Shown here piece by piece: positions 1 through 9,800 of a DNA stretch of 25,633 nucleotides. The stretch comes from a virus (Duplodnaviria > Caudoviricetes). How positions within the stretch are numbered: the stretch's first letter is position 1; every line of letters starts with the position of its first letter. Below the pieces are notes generated by a model. That model had not been told where the DNA came from. It worked only from the letters and a program-made list of their open reading frames with translations, and did no database searches. The translations under genes were made by a program, and so were the position numbers. The stretch lies in IMG/VR virus record IMGVR_UViG_3300037225_000485, positions 1 to 25,633 of that record. One strand, 5' to 3'.

Positions 1-235
1 TACCAATAGAACTGAGAGATAAAAATTGGTTAAACAATTCATGTGCGGCTTGAGCAGCTGCCTGTAGGGCCTTAGTAACCTCATCCCCCATCTTATTATG
101 GATGGTGGCAAAACTTACAATTTCTTTGCCACCATCTTTCATGGTCTGAAACCACTTGATAGCCTCTTCTTTAGCTTTTCCGCCAAGACTTTCCGCAAAC
201 CTTATGGCATTATCAAGATTAATTGTTTCATCCAT
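1..235 (-). CDS. N-terminus of probable tape measure protein (partial, runs off the left edge)
   Basis: ATG at 235 overlaps the TAA of the upstream ORF (TAATG). Open frame MDETINLDNAIRFAESLGGKAKEEAIKWFQTMK... is helical and Ala-rich to the window edge. Position directly after sheath-tube-chaperone is the canonical tape measure slot. Confidence 0.6.
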   Translation of the reverse strand, partial: MDETINLDNAIRFAESLGGKAKEEAIKWFQTMKDGGKEIVSFATIHNKMGDEVTKALQAAAQAAHELFNQFLSLSSIG

Positions 236-576
236 TAGCTAACCACCTTGCGCTTCTTGCGTTTTTTCTTACCAACTTTATTGGCCTCAAGAATTTGCTC
301 ACGAACTTTCTTGCTGGTCTCATCCAAATCTGTGGCTTGCACATTTGGATTCTCCTGCCGGATCATTCCTTGAGCCATTTCGAGATTGGAGAAAGATCCA
401 ATAAGAATAGCCTGGTTTCTTAGCTTCTGAGCCTCTAACTCCTGATCATGAAGCCAACTTTCATACAACCATACCTTTAAGTATGCGTTAATATTCTCAT
501 ACAGTGGATCGTCTGGTGGCTTACCAAACGTTTTCATGAGATGTCTTATAAATTGGTGCTCAGGCGTCCGTACCAC
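235..576 (-). CDS. Tail assembly chaperone extension (gpT-like), probably reached by frameshift from the upstream ORF
   Basis: The ORF-track frame 235..639 overlaps the chaperone 3' end in the +1 frame. Its first ~20 codons (RPPKRPRRWWKP) look like off-frame reading, and protein-like sequence starts at VVRTPEHQFIRHL. It lies between the chaperone and tape measure genes and ends in a basic KKKRKKRK tail. Confidence 0.6.
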   Translation of the reverse strand: MVRTPEHQFIRHLMKTFGKPPDDPLYENINAYLKVWLYESWLHDQELEAQKLRNQAILIGSFSNLEMAQGMIRQENPNVQATDLDETSKKVREQILEANKVGKKKRKKRKVVS

Positions 577-1225
577 TTTTGGAGATGGTTTCCACCACCT
601 CCTTGGCCTCTTCGGCGGTCTTTGGAATATAACCGTCATAGGTTTCTTGGGCTAACGTTTCATAGTTGTTGAATAAATGATTGATGAGGGCATGATCCAT
701 CTCACTAATCAAATCCTTACGAGCTAATACCTGATCTTCATATGCTACATTGGCCGTCCCAAGAATAATATCTATGGACTGACCATCAATCAAAAATAGA
801 GAGTGTGATAACGCCTCAACCCTGATTTTCGCAAGACTGGTAGGCGCGAATATCAATCTTCCCTCTGTTGTTGTTAGCCGCTCTGACTGTTCAACAACCT
901 GCGCCAAACAATTCTGCTCAAATGTCTTGAGCGTTCTTAGCGTGAAGATAACTGTACCATCATTAGTTTCTAATGGAACTTCTTTTGTTCTTCTGCCAAG
1001 TCCAGTGATGATATCAATGCGACGTCTAGCATCAGCAAGACCGCGCAACTCAACCTGTTCTTGACGTTCCTGCGCCTGCATGCGTAAAGAAGTGGCTAGC
1101 TCTGGCGTAATCTGCGGTTGTGATGACTGAGCATCTTCATTACCGTTGGCATTTGGAATTACCATCCGCCTCTGCCCAGCTCCTGCAAATTTACTCTCTC
1201 CAATTGTGCTGCGAATACTGCTCAT
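560..1225 (-). CDS. Tail assembly chaperone (gpG-like)
   Basis: 221 aa with SD AAGGAG upstream, immediately downstream of the tail tube. It contains the chaperone-like pattern FTLRTLKTFEQ...LINHLFNNYETL. Confidence 0.65.
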   Translation of the reverse strand: MSSIRSTIGESKFAGAGQRRMVIPNANGNEDAQSSQPQITPELATSLRMQAQERQEQVELRGLADARRRIDIITGLGRRTKEVPLETNDGTVIFTLRTLKTFEQNCLAQVVEQSERLTTTEGRLIFAPTSLAKIRVEALSHSLFLIDGQSIDIILGTANVAYEDQVLARKDLISEMDHALINHLFNNYETLAQETYDGYIPKTAEEAKEVVETISKSGTDA

Positions 1226-1244
1226 AAATTACTCCTTAACAGCA

Positions 1245-1254
1245 CTATATATCA
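1245..1254 (-). promoter_or_regulatory. Putative phage promoter motif A (TGATATATAG)
   Basis: The identical 10-mer recurs at 2821-2830, and the GATATAT core recurs at 16615-16623, 17938-17947 and 22001-22010. Every copy lies just upstream of a minus-strand start. Confidence 0.5.
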
Positions 1255-1258
1255 GCAA

Positions 1259-1909
1259 TTATGGGAGGATGTTATCAACCACATTAATCAAACCAGCAGC
1301 GTCAAGAGCCCCACGGCGCTTGCCAAGATCTGTCTGCCTTTCAAATGTATCATTATCAATGATGGGAATTTGACGAGCGTTTGAAGCGGGAACAACGTTC
1401 TGACCTTGACCAAGATATGAGTAAATATGTTCAGCTACCCAACTCATAGTTTCAGAGATAACGAAATCATTGGCCGTATAGGTAACACCTAAGTTGCGAA
1501 TCCAAACGTTCTTGATAACAGTGGTGATTACATTATCAGAGGCTTCGAAACTGCCAGCATCATCTTCGTCTGCGGCAAAAATATCCAGAATGACAATGTC
1601 AAAAGGAATGCGCTGAGAGGCTGCATGAATATAACCACGCGAAAATGCGGAGGCCATTCTCAAATTGTCGAATCTAACACGAGTGCAGTCTCCAGAAATA
1701 TCAGTTGCCTTCTGAGGAACAGAATCAATATGACCGTCTGTCCCAACTTCATCAATCATATGAATGGCTCGATCTTCCTTGTAGGATATAGTTTGGATTG
1801 CCCCTATGGGGTTCCCATCCACTTGGATAATAATTTCAGTTGAAACACCAGTGCGGGTTACATTTCTTCCTGCATCAGTCAGGATCGATCCGGTATGAGG
1901 GTACGACAT
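1259..1909 (-). CDS. Contractile tail tube protein
   Basis: IIIQVDGNPIGAIQTISYKEDR...IDEVG...SVP...ISGDCTRVRF resembles myovirus tube proteins. It follows the sheath gene and has SD AGGTG. Confidence 0.75.
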   Translation of the reverse strand: MSYPHTGSILTDAGRNVTRTGVSTEIIIQVDGNPIGAIQTISYKEDRAIHMIDEVGTDGHIDSVPQKATDISGDCTRVRFDNLRMASAFSRGYIHAASQRIPFDIVILDIFAADEDDAGSFEASDNVITTVIKNVWIRNLGVTYTANDFVISETMSWVAEHIYSYLGQGQNVVPASNARQIPIIDNDTFERQTDLGKRRGALDAAGLINVVDNILP

Positions 1910-1926
1910 AATTCACCTACTAAAAG

Positions 1927-2814
1927 TTATACTGCTATAGATAATGTTGTTTTATGCCTAATTCTTCTGGTACCCTCTTCCAAATTTTGCTTGGCAGATA
2001 AAGGCCGAAGATTATTCAGTGACCAACATTTTAGAAAATTTGGATGATCCATTGAATCATATGGTAAATCAGAGTGCGGAATTATATGATCAATTTGCCA
2101 TTTCCAAGTAACTTGGTCGTTATTATTCCATGTTTTCAACTCATATTTACCATTATTGTTCCAATTCATCCATGGTTCGAATTGTTTCTCTAGGTGCGCC
2201 TTCAATTCTTTAATTGTATATGGTAAATGCTTCAATACTGACCCACCCTTAGACTTTCCAAGTTTCTTAATAGCCCTAGCAACCGAACAAGAAACAATAC
2301 TCCGAAGCTTGAAAAATGGATCTTCCAATCTCTTCTTAGCTTCCCACTCTCTTAAATTTTTGCGATCTTGCTCTTTTCTAGTTTCTCTATGTTTATCTTT
2401 ATTGGTTTGTCGATATTTCTTATTTTTAAGAAGATACTCTTGTTTTTTGACAGGATCAGAATAAAAATTATCAAACTCTTTTTTACCTTTCTCTTGATAG
2501 CGCTTCTTTCCTTGGACAATACTTCTTTTGGCTTCACAATCTTTGCAATATGGTTCGTAATAATACTTGCCATTATGTTGCTTCTTATATCTAAAACTAT
2601 CAATTGGTTTGTCTTGTGTACAAGTTTTGCAAGGCTTATGAGTTGGAGCCTCTGTTGTTGGCACTTTTATATTTGAATTGTCTAGACCCAATTCCTTATA
2701 AATACACAAAATACGATGGCGAGTCATTCCAAGCTCTTTGGCAATACTTCGAACACCTCGTTTTCCGTCAAATAATCTGCTTACTGCATCTAGTTCTTCT
2801 TGAGAAAACTTCAT
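1927..2814 (-). CDS. Free-standing HNH-type homing endonuclease
   Basis: N-terminal HTH (VRSIAKELGMTRHRI), CxxC...CxxC zinc motif, Lys-rich linker, and C-terminal WMNWNN...WQIDHIIP...NNLRPLSAKQN. It is AT-richer than its neighbours and inserted between sheath and tube. Confidence 0.8.
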   Translation of the reverse strand: MKFSQEELDAVSRLFDGKRGVRSIAKELGMTRHRILCIYKELGLDNSNIKVPTTEAPTHKPCKTCTQDKPIDSFRYKKQHNGKYYYEPYCKDCEAKRSIVQGKKRYQEKGKKEFDNFYSDPVKKQEYLLKNKKYRQTNKDKHRETRKEQDRKNLREWEAKKRLEDPFFKLRSIVSCSVARAIKKLGKSKGGSVLKHLPYTIKELKAHLEKQFEPWMNWNNNGKYELKTWNNNDQVTWKWQIDHIIPHSDLPYDSMDHPNFLKCWSLNNLRPLSAKQNLEEGTRRIRHKTTLSIAV

Positions 2815-2820
2815 ATTATG

Positions 2821-2830
2821 CTATATATCA
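2821..2830 (-). promoter_or_regulatory. Putative phage promoter motif A upstream of the HNH gene
   Basis: TGATATATAG lies 6 nt before the ATG with no SD, and is identical to 1245-1254. Confidence 0.5.
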
Positions 2831-2833
2831 AGC

Positions 2834-5305
2834 TTATCCGCCAAGATTTCCAATACCAATTAATATAAAAATCCATGATACGGGATAGACGGGTTGTACG
2901 GCAACAGTAACGTTCCACTGCCTTGGCTCAACCGCATCCCTATTCACTGTCAAACCACCATAAGTAGTAATCAACTTCTGCTGAATAAATGTCTGCATCA
3001 ATGATTGTGCAACCGCAAATAAGGTTGCTTTCGTTGTTGGAGTTTCCGCCCTACCAACGTATGGGGCAAAAGCCCTACGCATGGAGAATGAAATATCATC
3101 ACGAATGAATACAATGCTAATTTCCTCTTCGGTAGGCTCAAGAGACCCAACTGTTGTCTTACCCCAAATTACGTTACCTCCACCCTGAACAGGTGTAAGT
3201 AGAGTAATTCCTGAGTTTACAATGTTCTCTACAACCAATGGAGAGAATAGCTTGTTACGTAGAATGCTAAATCCAACCAGTCTCTTATTTGTAAGAGGCT
3301 CTTGAATCTGCGTATTACCAGACAAGTAACCAGCCGCAGCCGCCGCAATAAAGAAGCCATCAACAAAGATGTTATTAGCCCCGGCCTGAACAACAATCTG
3401 ATCAGGATAGAAGTACACAACTCTATACGAATCTCCAAACGCAAGCGGCACACTGTAATTGGCCAAATCTTCGATATTTCCTGCCAAAATATCTGCAACT
3501 GATGCTCCTTGGATTCCTTCCAGAATACCAATATCTTCAACCGCAGCAGGCTTGTTTCCAATTACGTTATCTGGAGTGAGTCCCCGAATGGCTCCTATCA
3601 ACAAAATCCTTTCATGCTTATTGCGGATATTACTCTGCGTCTCAACATGAACCTTTCCGTTTTGGAAAATGGCACTGATCGTCTGGCTTGGCAGAGGAAC
3701 AACCATATCAATATCAATTATTTCTGCAGCCGTATAAGCCTCTAACCATCCTGCATCATAAAAGTCAGCGTCCTTGGCATCTATCAAAGTACAGCGTAAT
3801 GATTGGCCAAGAGTAAGAGCCATATCTCTTGTCCAAAGAATTCGAGCACTTGTAGAAGATGAATCTACAACCATAAACTGAATGCTCGTCTCATTTGTGA
3901 AAGAAGAGGCACTCTTTAGATGTAGCTTATCTTGTGTAATATTCTTAATAATATAAGTTCCATCATTTCCGTTAAGAGAATCAAATATTACCAATAAACG
4001 AGTGCCCGCAAGATCGGCAAGACCAAAAGCAACCGTGGCACTTGATAGATCGGCATAATAACCATCTACCAAATAACCATCGCTTACCAGAACACCATCA
4101 GCCCCAGCTTTCTGCACAGAAGACTCTTCAACAACCGTGTAAGAGTACGCATAGCTGTCTAAAAATGTGGCCGGGTCAGCTGTATAGAAAGGCTCCTTAT
4201 TGGGGATAATTTGTTTCTCTACCTTGGTAACCGGATCAGTTACAAAGAAATGAATATCATCATCGACATCTGGAGTAACGTTCAGGGGAAGAACGAACGT
4301 AACGTCATCGCTATCATTAAACCCATCAGCGGATTCAACAAGACTATATGATAGGCGTCTTGGAACAGATGGCTTTGCTTGAATTGTATAGATACCAGGA
4401 GTTCCGTTTGCCCATGCTAATTGAGCACCCAACGACACCCTATTTGTAAGCGATGGTTGGCCATGCTTTGCGATTACTGCATTTAGATCAGAGAAGAACT
4501 CTGGGTCATTGAGCGATGCCCAAGAAATATAACGAGCAGTAAGGGTGTCTCCACGGACCAAAGTCCCACTTTGAACTTCAACAACAAAGTTGTCTCCTTC
4601 AATGAATGCGGTAGCCCCTTCGGAAATCGCAAAACTCAAAACTCCATTCGAAACAACCGTTCCATTTGACTGCCAGGTGACTTGGTTTCCATAACCATCT
4701 AGTAAGATTCCACTTACCGAGCCACGAGCAATAAACTTGGCATAACCATCTACAACTACATTTCCTGAAGTTCGACGAACACTTGAGCAACGAATCGTCC
4801 AGGTTTCTGGTGGGGCATTCACGTCAACAAGTGTCAGGCCAGAAATCGTTCCATTTCCGGTATTGCTTCCGGCTGCCAAATAGAACGCGCCACCCTGATC
4901 TGCTAACGAAGCGCCCTGTAATAGAATCTCTCCAGTTGAAGAGTCTACCTCGGCATCATATCCGTTTGGTACAGTATCACTATCAATGGTATGCTCAAGA
5001 ACTTTTAGTGTGATACCATTCTTGAGAAGTTGAGATCTGTTTTGAACAACTGGAGCTACGGCGGTCTGTCCCTTTCCAAAAAGGAAGTGACGTCCATCAG
5101 AGCCTCTCGTTGTGGTATAGGTAGGATCAAATCCATCGTTACCTTTACCATTTGCCGATCCAACAAGAACTTCCTCTGTTAAACCTTCACCAATAATAAC
5201 TGGTATACGACTACCAACTGGTACACTAACACCGGTCTGAATCGTTCTGGTTTCTGAGTAAGTTCCTGGAACTACACTTGTCGCACCCGAAATATCTGCG
5301 CTCAT
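2834..5305 (-). CDS. Tail sheath protein (large, with inserted outer domains)
   Basis: 823 aa with N-terminal VVPGTYSE and a typical sheath C-terminus (IAAAAAG...EPLTNK...EISIVFIRD...WNVTVAVQPVYPVSWIFI). SD GAGG. Confidence 0.9.
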   Translation of the reverse strand: MSADISGATSVVPGTYSETRTIQTGVSVPVGSRIPVIIGEGLTEEVLVGSANGKGNDGFDPTYTTTRGSDGRHFLFGKGQTAVAPVVQNRSQLLKNGITLKVLEHTIDSDTVPNGYDAEVDSSTGEILLQGASLADQGGAFYLAAGSNTGNGTISGLTLVDVNAPPETWTIRCSSVRRTSGNVVVDGYAKFIARGSVSGILLDGYGNQVTWQSNGTVVSNGVLSFAISEGATAFIEGDNFVVEVQSGTLVRGDTLTARYISWASLNDPEFFSDLNAVIAKHGQPSLTNRVSLGAQLAWANGTPGIYTIQAKPSVPRRLSYSLVESADGFNDSDDVTFVLPLNVTPDVDDDIHFFVTDPVTKVEKQIIPNKEPFYTADPATFLDSYAYSYTVVEESSVQKAGADGVLVSDGYLVDGYYADLSSATVAFGLADLAGTRLLVIFDSLNGNDGTYIIKNITQDKLHLKSASSFTNETSIQFMVVDSSSTSARILWTRDMALTLGQSLRCTLIDAKDADFYDAGWLEAYTAAEIIDIDMVVPLPSQTISAIFQNGKVHVETQSNIRNKHERILLIGAIRGLTPDNVIGNKPAAVEDIGILEGIQGASVADILAGNIEDLANYSVPLAFGDSYRVVYFYPDQIVVQAGANNIFVDGFFIAAAAAGYLSGNTQIQEPLTNKRLVGFSILRNKLFSPLVVENIVNSGITLLTPVQGGGNVIWGKTTVGSLEPTEEEISIVFIRDDISFSMRRAFAPYVGRAETPTTKATLFAVAQSLMQTFIQQKLITTYGGLTVNRDAVEPRQWNVTVAVQPVYPVSWIFILIGIGNLGG

Positions 5306-5341
5306 TTAGAATCCTCTCAAAGCTATGCGTTGCTCGTTAAG

Positions 5342-5391
5342 ATGTGAAGATATTACCTTCTCAGCTTTGTATTAAAATTATGCTTAGATAT
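5342..5391 (-). promoter_or_regulatory. Two tandem copies of putative late promoter motif B (ATA-N5-RCAT)
   Basis: Minus strand ATA-tctaa-GCAT (5380-5391) and ATA-tcttc-ACAT (5342-5353) lie upstream of the sheath gene. Confidence 0.5.
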
Positions 5392-5394
5392 GCG

Positions 5395-6204
5395 TTACAA
5401 AGCTTCAATTTGGTCCAAAATTGATATGGACTCATTTATTGCTATATTTGGGCTTGTGATGGTTTCCGATCCCCATGCCCTGAAATCTACACAAAAATTG
5501 ATACGCTCTATTATGTTTTCTATTGGAATTAAGCGCCTCCATTCTGTTCGAATGTCCACGCTAATCGTTGCTTTATAGATCTTGTCCTGCTGCCGGTCTT
5601 CGCTTTCAGAAATGCCACCAAGGGTGGGTTGTCCGGATTTCACCAATACTCCGGCTTTTCTCAAACTCTCAAATCTAATATCGGTGAAAAGCAGCATCAC
5701 TATACTTACCAAATTATCCCTATCCAATATGTCTCTGCTTATGATATCGATTGATATCGTCCCATCCCAGGCACCAGCAAGATCGATATATTTTGGTGTG
5801 AAAAATTCTTTAGTGTTGCCGTATCCATCAATCACTAATTGCTTTTCATACTCAATCACGTCCTTGTTTCTATTTAAAGAAATTGGAACGGATCTGGCCG
5901 AAACCATTTTTACCAGAAGAGCAGGATAAAATATGGCGTCAAATCTGAACGCCTCGCCGATGAAGATGCGCGTCGTTTGTTCGTCACCATTGAGCCCCGC
6001 CTCTAATGGCAGATCTGTGTGGTCAGGAATCTTAGGGTATCCCCACTGATCGCAAGCGTAGTGAAACCATGAATCCTTCGCGAATTCTTCCCGAAGCATC
6101 TCGATAATGAGTTCCTTCGGATATGCCATGAGAGCATTACTAACGACATGATGAATCGAGTAAAGATCGGATCTAATGAACGAACCGGTTCCCGGAGTTG
6201 TCAT
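5395..6204 (-). CDS. Putative tail terminator / tail completion protein
   Basis: About 269 aa from ATG 6204 (the ORF track uses TTG 6216), immediately upstream of the sheath. The pattern YPALLV...ISIDIISRDILDRDNL...YKATISVDIRTEW fits a terminator-type fold. Confidence 0.55.
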   Translation of the reverse strand: MTTPGTGSFIRSDLYSIHHVVSNALMAYPKELIIEMLREEFAKDSWFHYACDQWGYPKIPDHTDLPLEAGLNGDEQTTRIFIGEAFRFDAIFYPALLVKMVSARSVPISLNRNKDVIEYEKQLVIDGYGNTKEFFTPKYIDLAGAWDGTISIDIISRDILDRDNLVSIVMLLFTDIRFESLRKAGVLVKSGQPTLGGISESEDRQQDKIYKATISVDIRTEWRRLIPIENIIERINFCVDFRAWGSETITSPNIAINESISILDQIEAL

Positions 6205-6375
6205 ACCAATATACAAAGTTATGCTAAGTATATTGAGGACTTTCTATATCAACGCATTGGCCGCCATAAGAAATATAGGTGGTTAATTATATCTCTTGGT
6301 AACAAATTTGGCCCATGAGCCTAAACAAGACTTCTAGTGCAAAGACTTTAAGATCAAGTCTTCATCTCTTTTCTA

Positions 6376-6404
6376 TTGACTAAAAGATTTGGTTGGGTTA
6401 TTGT
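6376..6404 (+). promoter_or_regulatory. Sigma70-type promoter for the lipoprotein moron
   Basis: TTGACT (6376-6381), 17-bp spacer, TATTGT (6399-6404). SD AAGGAG at 6419-6424 precedes ATG 6435. Confidence 0.65.
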
Positions 6405-6434
6405 TTCTTGAGTACGCAAAGGAGATTTTTTTAG

Positions 6435-6836
6435 ATGACCAGACAATTCATTTCATCGGTTCTTTTGGCAATAATAACCGTTGGTTGCAGCTCCAGCACA
6501 ACTACAAATGTTGAGCCTCTGCCGGAGACAGGCGGAAGCACATCACAGACAATTAGTGTGGCCGGCCAACCAAATGGAACCGGAGGATCGTCTGCTCAAG
6601 CTCAGGTAACCGGCGGCTCAGCTAATGCCGGAACCGGTGGCAATGCCGCAACTGGCGGAGCTACAACTTGCACAATAGGTAAAATGGGGTGCGCGTGTCT
6701 GTCAACTGGCGCTTGTGACCAAACTCAGACGGGAGTTGGATGCTACCAGGGAGTGTGCGTCCATTGTGCCGGGTATGTGTTGCCTTCCGGAAGTGAGCTT
6801 TCCAGCCCAGTCAACGGAATATGCGGAGTGCCTTAG
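6435..6836 (+). CDS. Lipoprotein with TGG-rich linker and Cys-rich C-terminal domain (moron)
   Basis: Signal peptide with lipobox (LLAIITVG|C), Gly/Thr/Ser linker with repeated TGG, then 8 Cys. It has its own promoter and SD and is the only convincing plus-strand gene. Confidence 0.8.
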   Translation: MTRQFISSVLLAIITVGCSSSTTTNVEPLPETGGSTSQTISVAGQPNGTGGSSAQAQVTGGSANAGTGGNAATGGATTCTIGKMGCACLSTGACDQTQTGVGCYQGVCVHCAGYVLPSGSELSSPVNGICGVP

Positions 6837-9800
6837 TTAAGCGTCCCTGCCCATCGAAGAGCAATAAACTCACTTCCGTCCCACATCATATCAACCCAAG
6901 GGCGAGTCGCTCCAGCTCCGGGATCTGCATCAATCAAGCAATTCCGACTCTCGTCTGGATTCTTTATTTCAAGTGTTGTGTTGTGTTGATTTATTATAGA
7001 AATTACCACACCGGCAATCATTCCGGTATCGTCTAGCTTAACAAAGCCAGATGTAATATCGGCAGTTACATATCGAACCGTAGGTGGTATCGACCCACTC
7101 GCCGTGAAATGCATATGAGTTTGCGCGAATACGCCAGCTTGAATCGTAGGAGATGCATTGATAAATTGTCCTGAACCAGTGATAGTTACAGTTCCTTTAT
7201 GCGTCTCACTTGCATTATTTATTGTGACTCCGTCGAAAGTCTGCGTGCCGTTGAACGTTCCGGTCGCCCAAACAGTCATACTGCCTGGCGAAATACCGCT
7301 AGCACCTATGACTGTATTTACCTGAGAGGCAAAAAACCCATTGATAAGCATGTCTGTATGAGACCCAAGCGTTACCGTCCCGTGAGTTCCCGAGTTTCCG
7401 CCATTGAATAATACAGCTGCACTATTGAATGTTGCCGGTCCGTCTACTGCGAACGATCCGCCAGAGAACTGACAAGCGCCGGCAATCTCAGTGTCAACAA
7501 ATTGTCCAATGTATAGATTCTTGTGCGTGCCACTGGTCCCGCCATCGATCGTGGCATCGTTAATCGCATGGAAGAAGCCATTGACTTGGGCGGTTCCGTT
7601 GCAGAAAAGATTGTAAAAGCCGGTTGTAAAATCAGGACTAATAAAGCCAGCATATTCACTTATCCAATTATTCCAAGACTCCGTACTCTCAAAATTGACA
7701 TTGCTGCTGCCAGAAATATCATAAGTATATGATCCGAGATCTTGGTTTACAACAAACCTTCTAGCATCGGTTACGACCACAGACGCACTACTAATTGTAA
7801 CTATGGCCTTTGCAATAATTACAAGATCTTTTCTGCTGTCTACAATTTCCTGGAATGTCAGCGACTCTACAAAGTTTAGATGGGTTGCGTCGAAGAATTG
7901 CGCTCCGGTATTCTTTAGAACAGCTCTAAGTTGTCCAGTTTCTGTAACGCAAATGAAGTGCTCAACAGTACTTGTAGCCGCCGCAAGCACCGGAATATTT
8001 ACGCTCATGGCATCCATTGGTACAAATGCGCCATTGACCAGAGCCAAACCTCCGGTAAATTTCAATTGGTAATTATTTATTCCAAAACCCTGCGAAGCAA
8101 ACCCTCTAACAATACCGTTTGCATGAAGATAGCGCTCGCCGGCTTGAATAAACTTAATTGCCGAATCTGTAAAGTTATCTTCTGATAACGTACCAAATTC
8201 CCTCAGATCAGTTATAGATCCGAAATTCTTTCCATTGTGGCTTACGCCGGCAACGGCAAAGTATTCATCGTTTTCTGATAAAGAAGGAAACAGCTCAATT
8301 GCTACATAGCCAGTAGGAATTGTCGTTCCAGGGGCGGATGATTCTTCCCTGAATTCAATATCTATAAAATTGACGAAAGTTTCATCATATACTCTAACAG
8401 GATGGTTCTTCTTACCGCGAGCAATTTGACCGGAAGAAGAGAAGTCCATGTTGTACATGAAAATATCAAACTCTCCAGTTGTGGCGTTATAGTTTTGAAT
8501 TTTCAGCCAGATATAATGACGGAAATCAGTGGCACCCGCCGGTACCGCTGGATTAATGCTTCGATAGCCCTTTAGCTTCGGAGAAACCCTTCTGATTCTC
8601 CACCCAGAAAGCAAACCAATATTTCCAACACCAACCAAAGATGAAATGCTGCCAGTATTAGATTGGGGCATTCGAGCACGCTCAACGGCTACTGACTTTC
8701 CAATATCATTGACAAATACTTCGTGATAATGGTGATAGTCAGAAGGATCATCTGATCCGTCCGCTCCAAGCATGTTCCCTAAATTGAACATAACCGAATC
8801 ATCAGATAAATAGATATTAACTTGTGTTCCCAATGATAGCGGAGTTGGACTTGCGGTAGCATGAATACTATTAAAAACCGTTATGTTGGTTTGCCCAGAT
8901 CCTGTACATGAGAAGGATACAGAATCAATAATGAATCTACCATAATTTTGAATATCAGTACTGGTTGGATCTGTTGGTTGCACAACAATAGTTTTGCCAG
9001 GAGCTATATTTTCAGTAGCCAAATCCAATGAAATTGAATAGGTTACTTTTTGAGTGTTATCTGGAACATCATTTGTAATATTTGTAATTGCAGCTGGCCA
9101 ATAGCCATTACCCTCGGTAAACCTTGGTTTAGCCAAAGCATCTCTTCGGTCACCATTTACTACGGCATTGCGATTGCCCACTGGAGAAATAATTAGCGTG
9201 GAGTAATTGGCTGCAACAATTGAACTTGGATAAGGTACGGCAATTCCAGCGCGGCTCATAACCGGAGTTGCAAAACCTGAACGATAGGAACCTAAACCAA
9301 GTGCGTCATATTGATCTGTAGCATCTCCGACAACATTCAAAATGTAGCTGCCCTGCTCCAAATTTCCAGTAGATGTATTTATCTGACCAGAAATGATAGA
9401 AAATGAAACGCCGTTATAGTCATCTGCCAACATCAAACCAAACTCACCTTGTTGATTGAACGCAATGAGTCTGTAGTTGTATCCAATAGCCCTAAATTTT
9501 TTGTTAGTTGCTTCAACAATGATATCTAGATTGTAATATCCCGGTGTTGCTCCATGATTCCCACTTACATCAATTGCTGGAAGATCAAAGAACACACCAG
9601 AATTCCCAGATGGATAAAGTCTAAGATATAGGTTGTAATGATTAGCGTCGATCTTGTTTGGATCAAATCCAATACCAACAGCAACAGCTCCACGCGGACT
9701 GCCGAGGATAATGCTATTTATTGAACTTTGGGTAATGCCAGGAACAACACCAGCCGCAGCATATACACCCCAAGTGTCTCTATCAAAATTTGGACGATCA

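Noticed and set aside
1259-6204. Bacterial eCIS / tailocin / T6SS locus
   Set aside because: Head-tail adaptor and closure-like genes, homing endonucleases and phage-type promoter motifs indicate a phage genome.
6833-7620. Diversity-generating retroelement target at the fibre tip
   Set aside because: No template repeat or reverse transcriptase is seen in the window.
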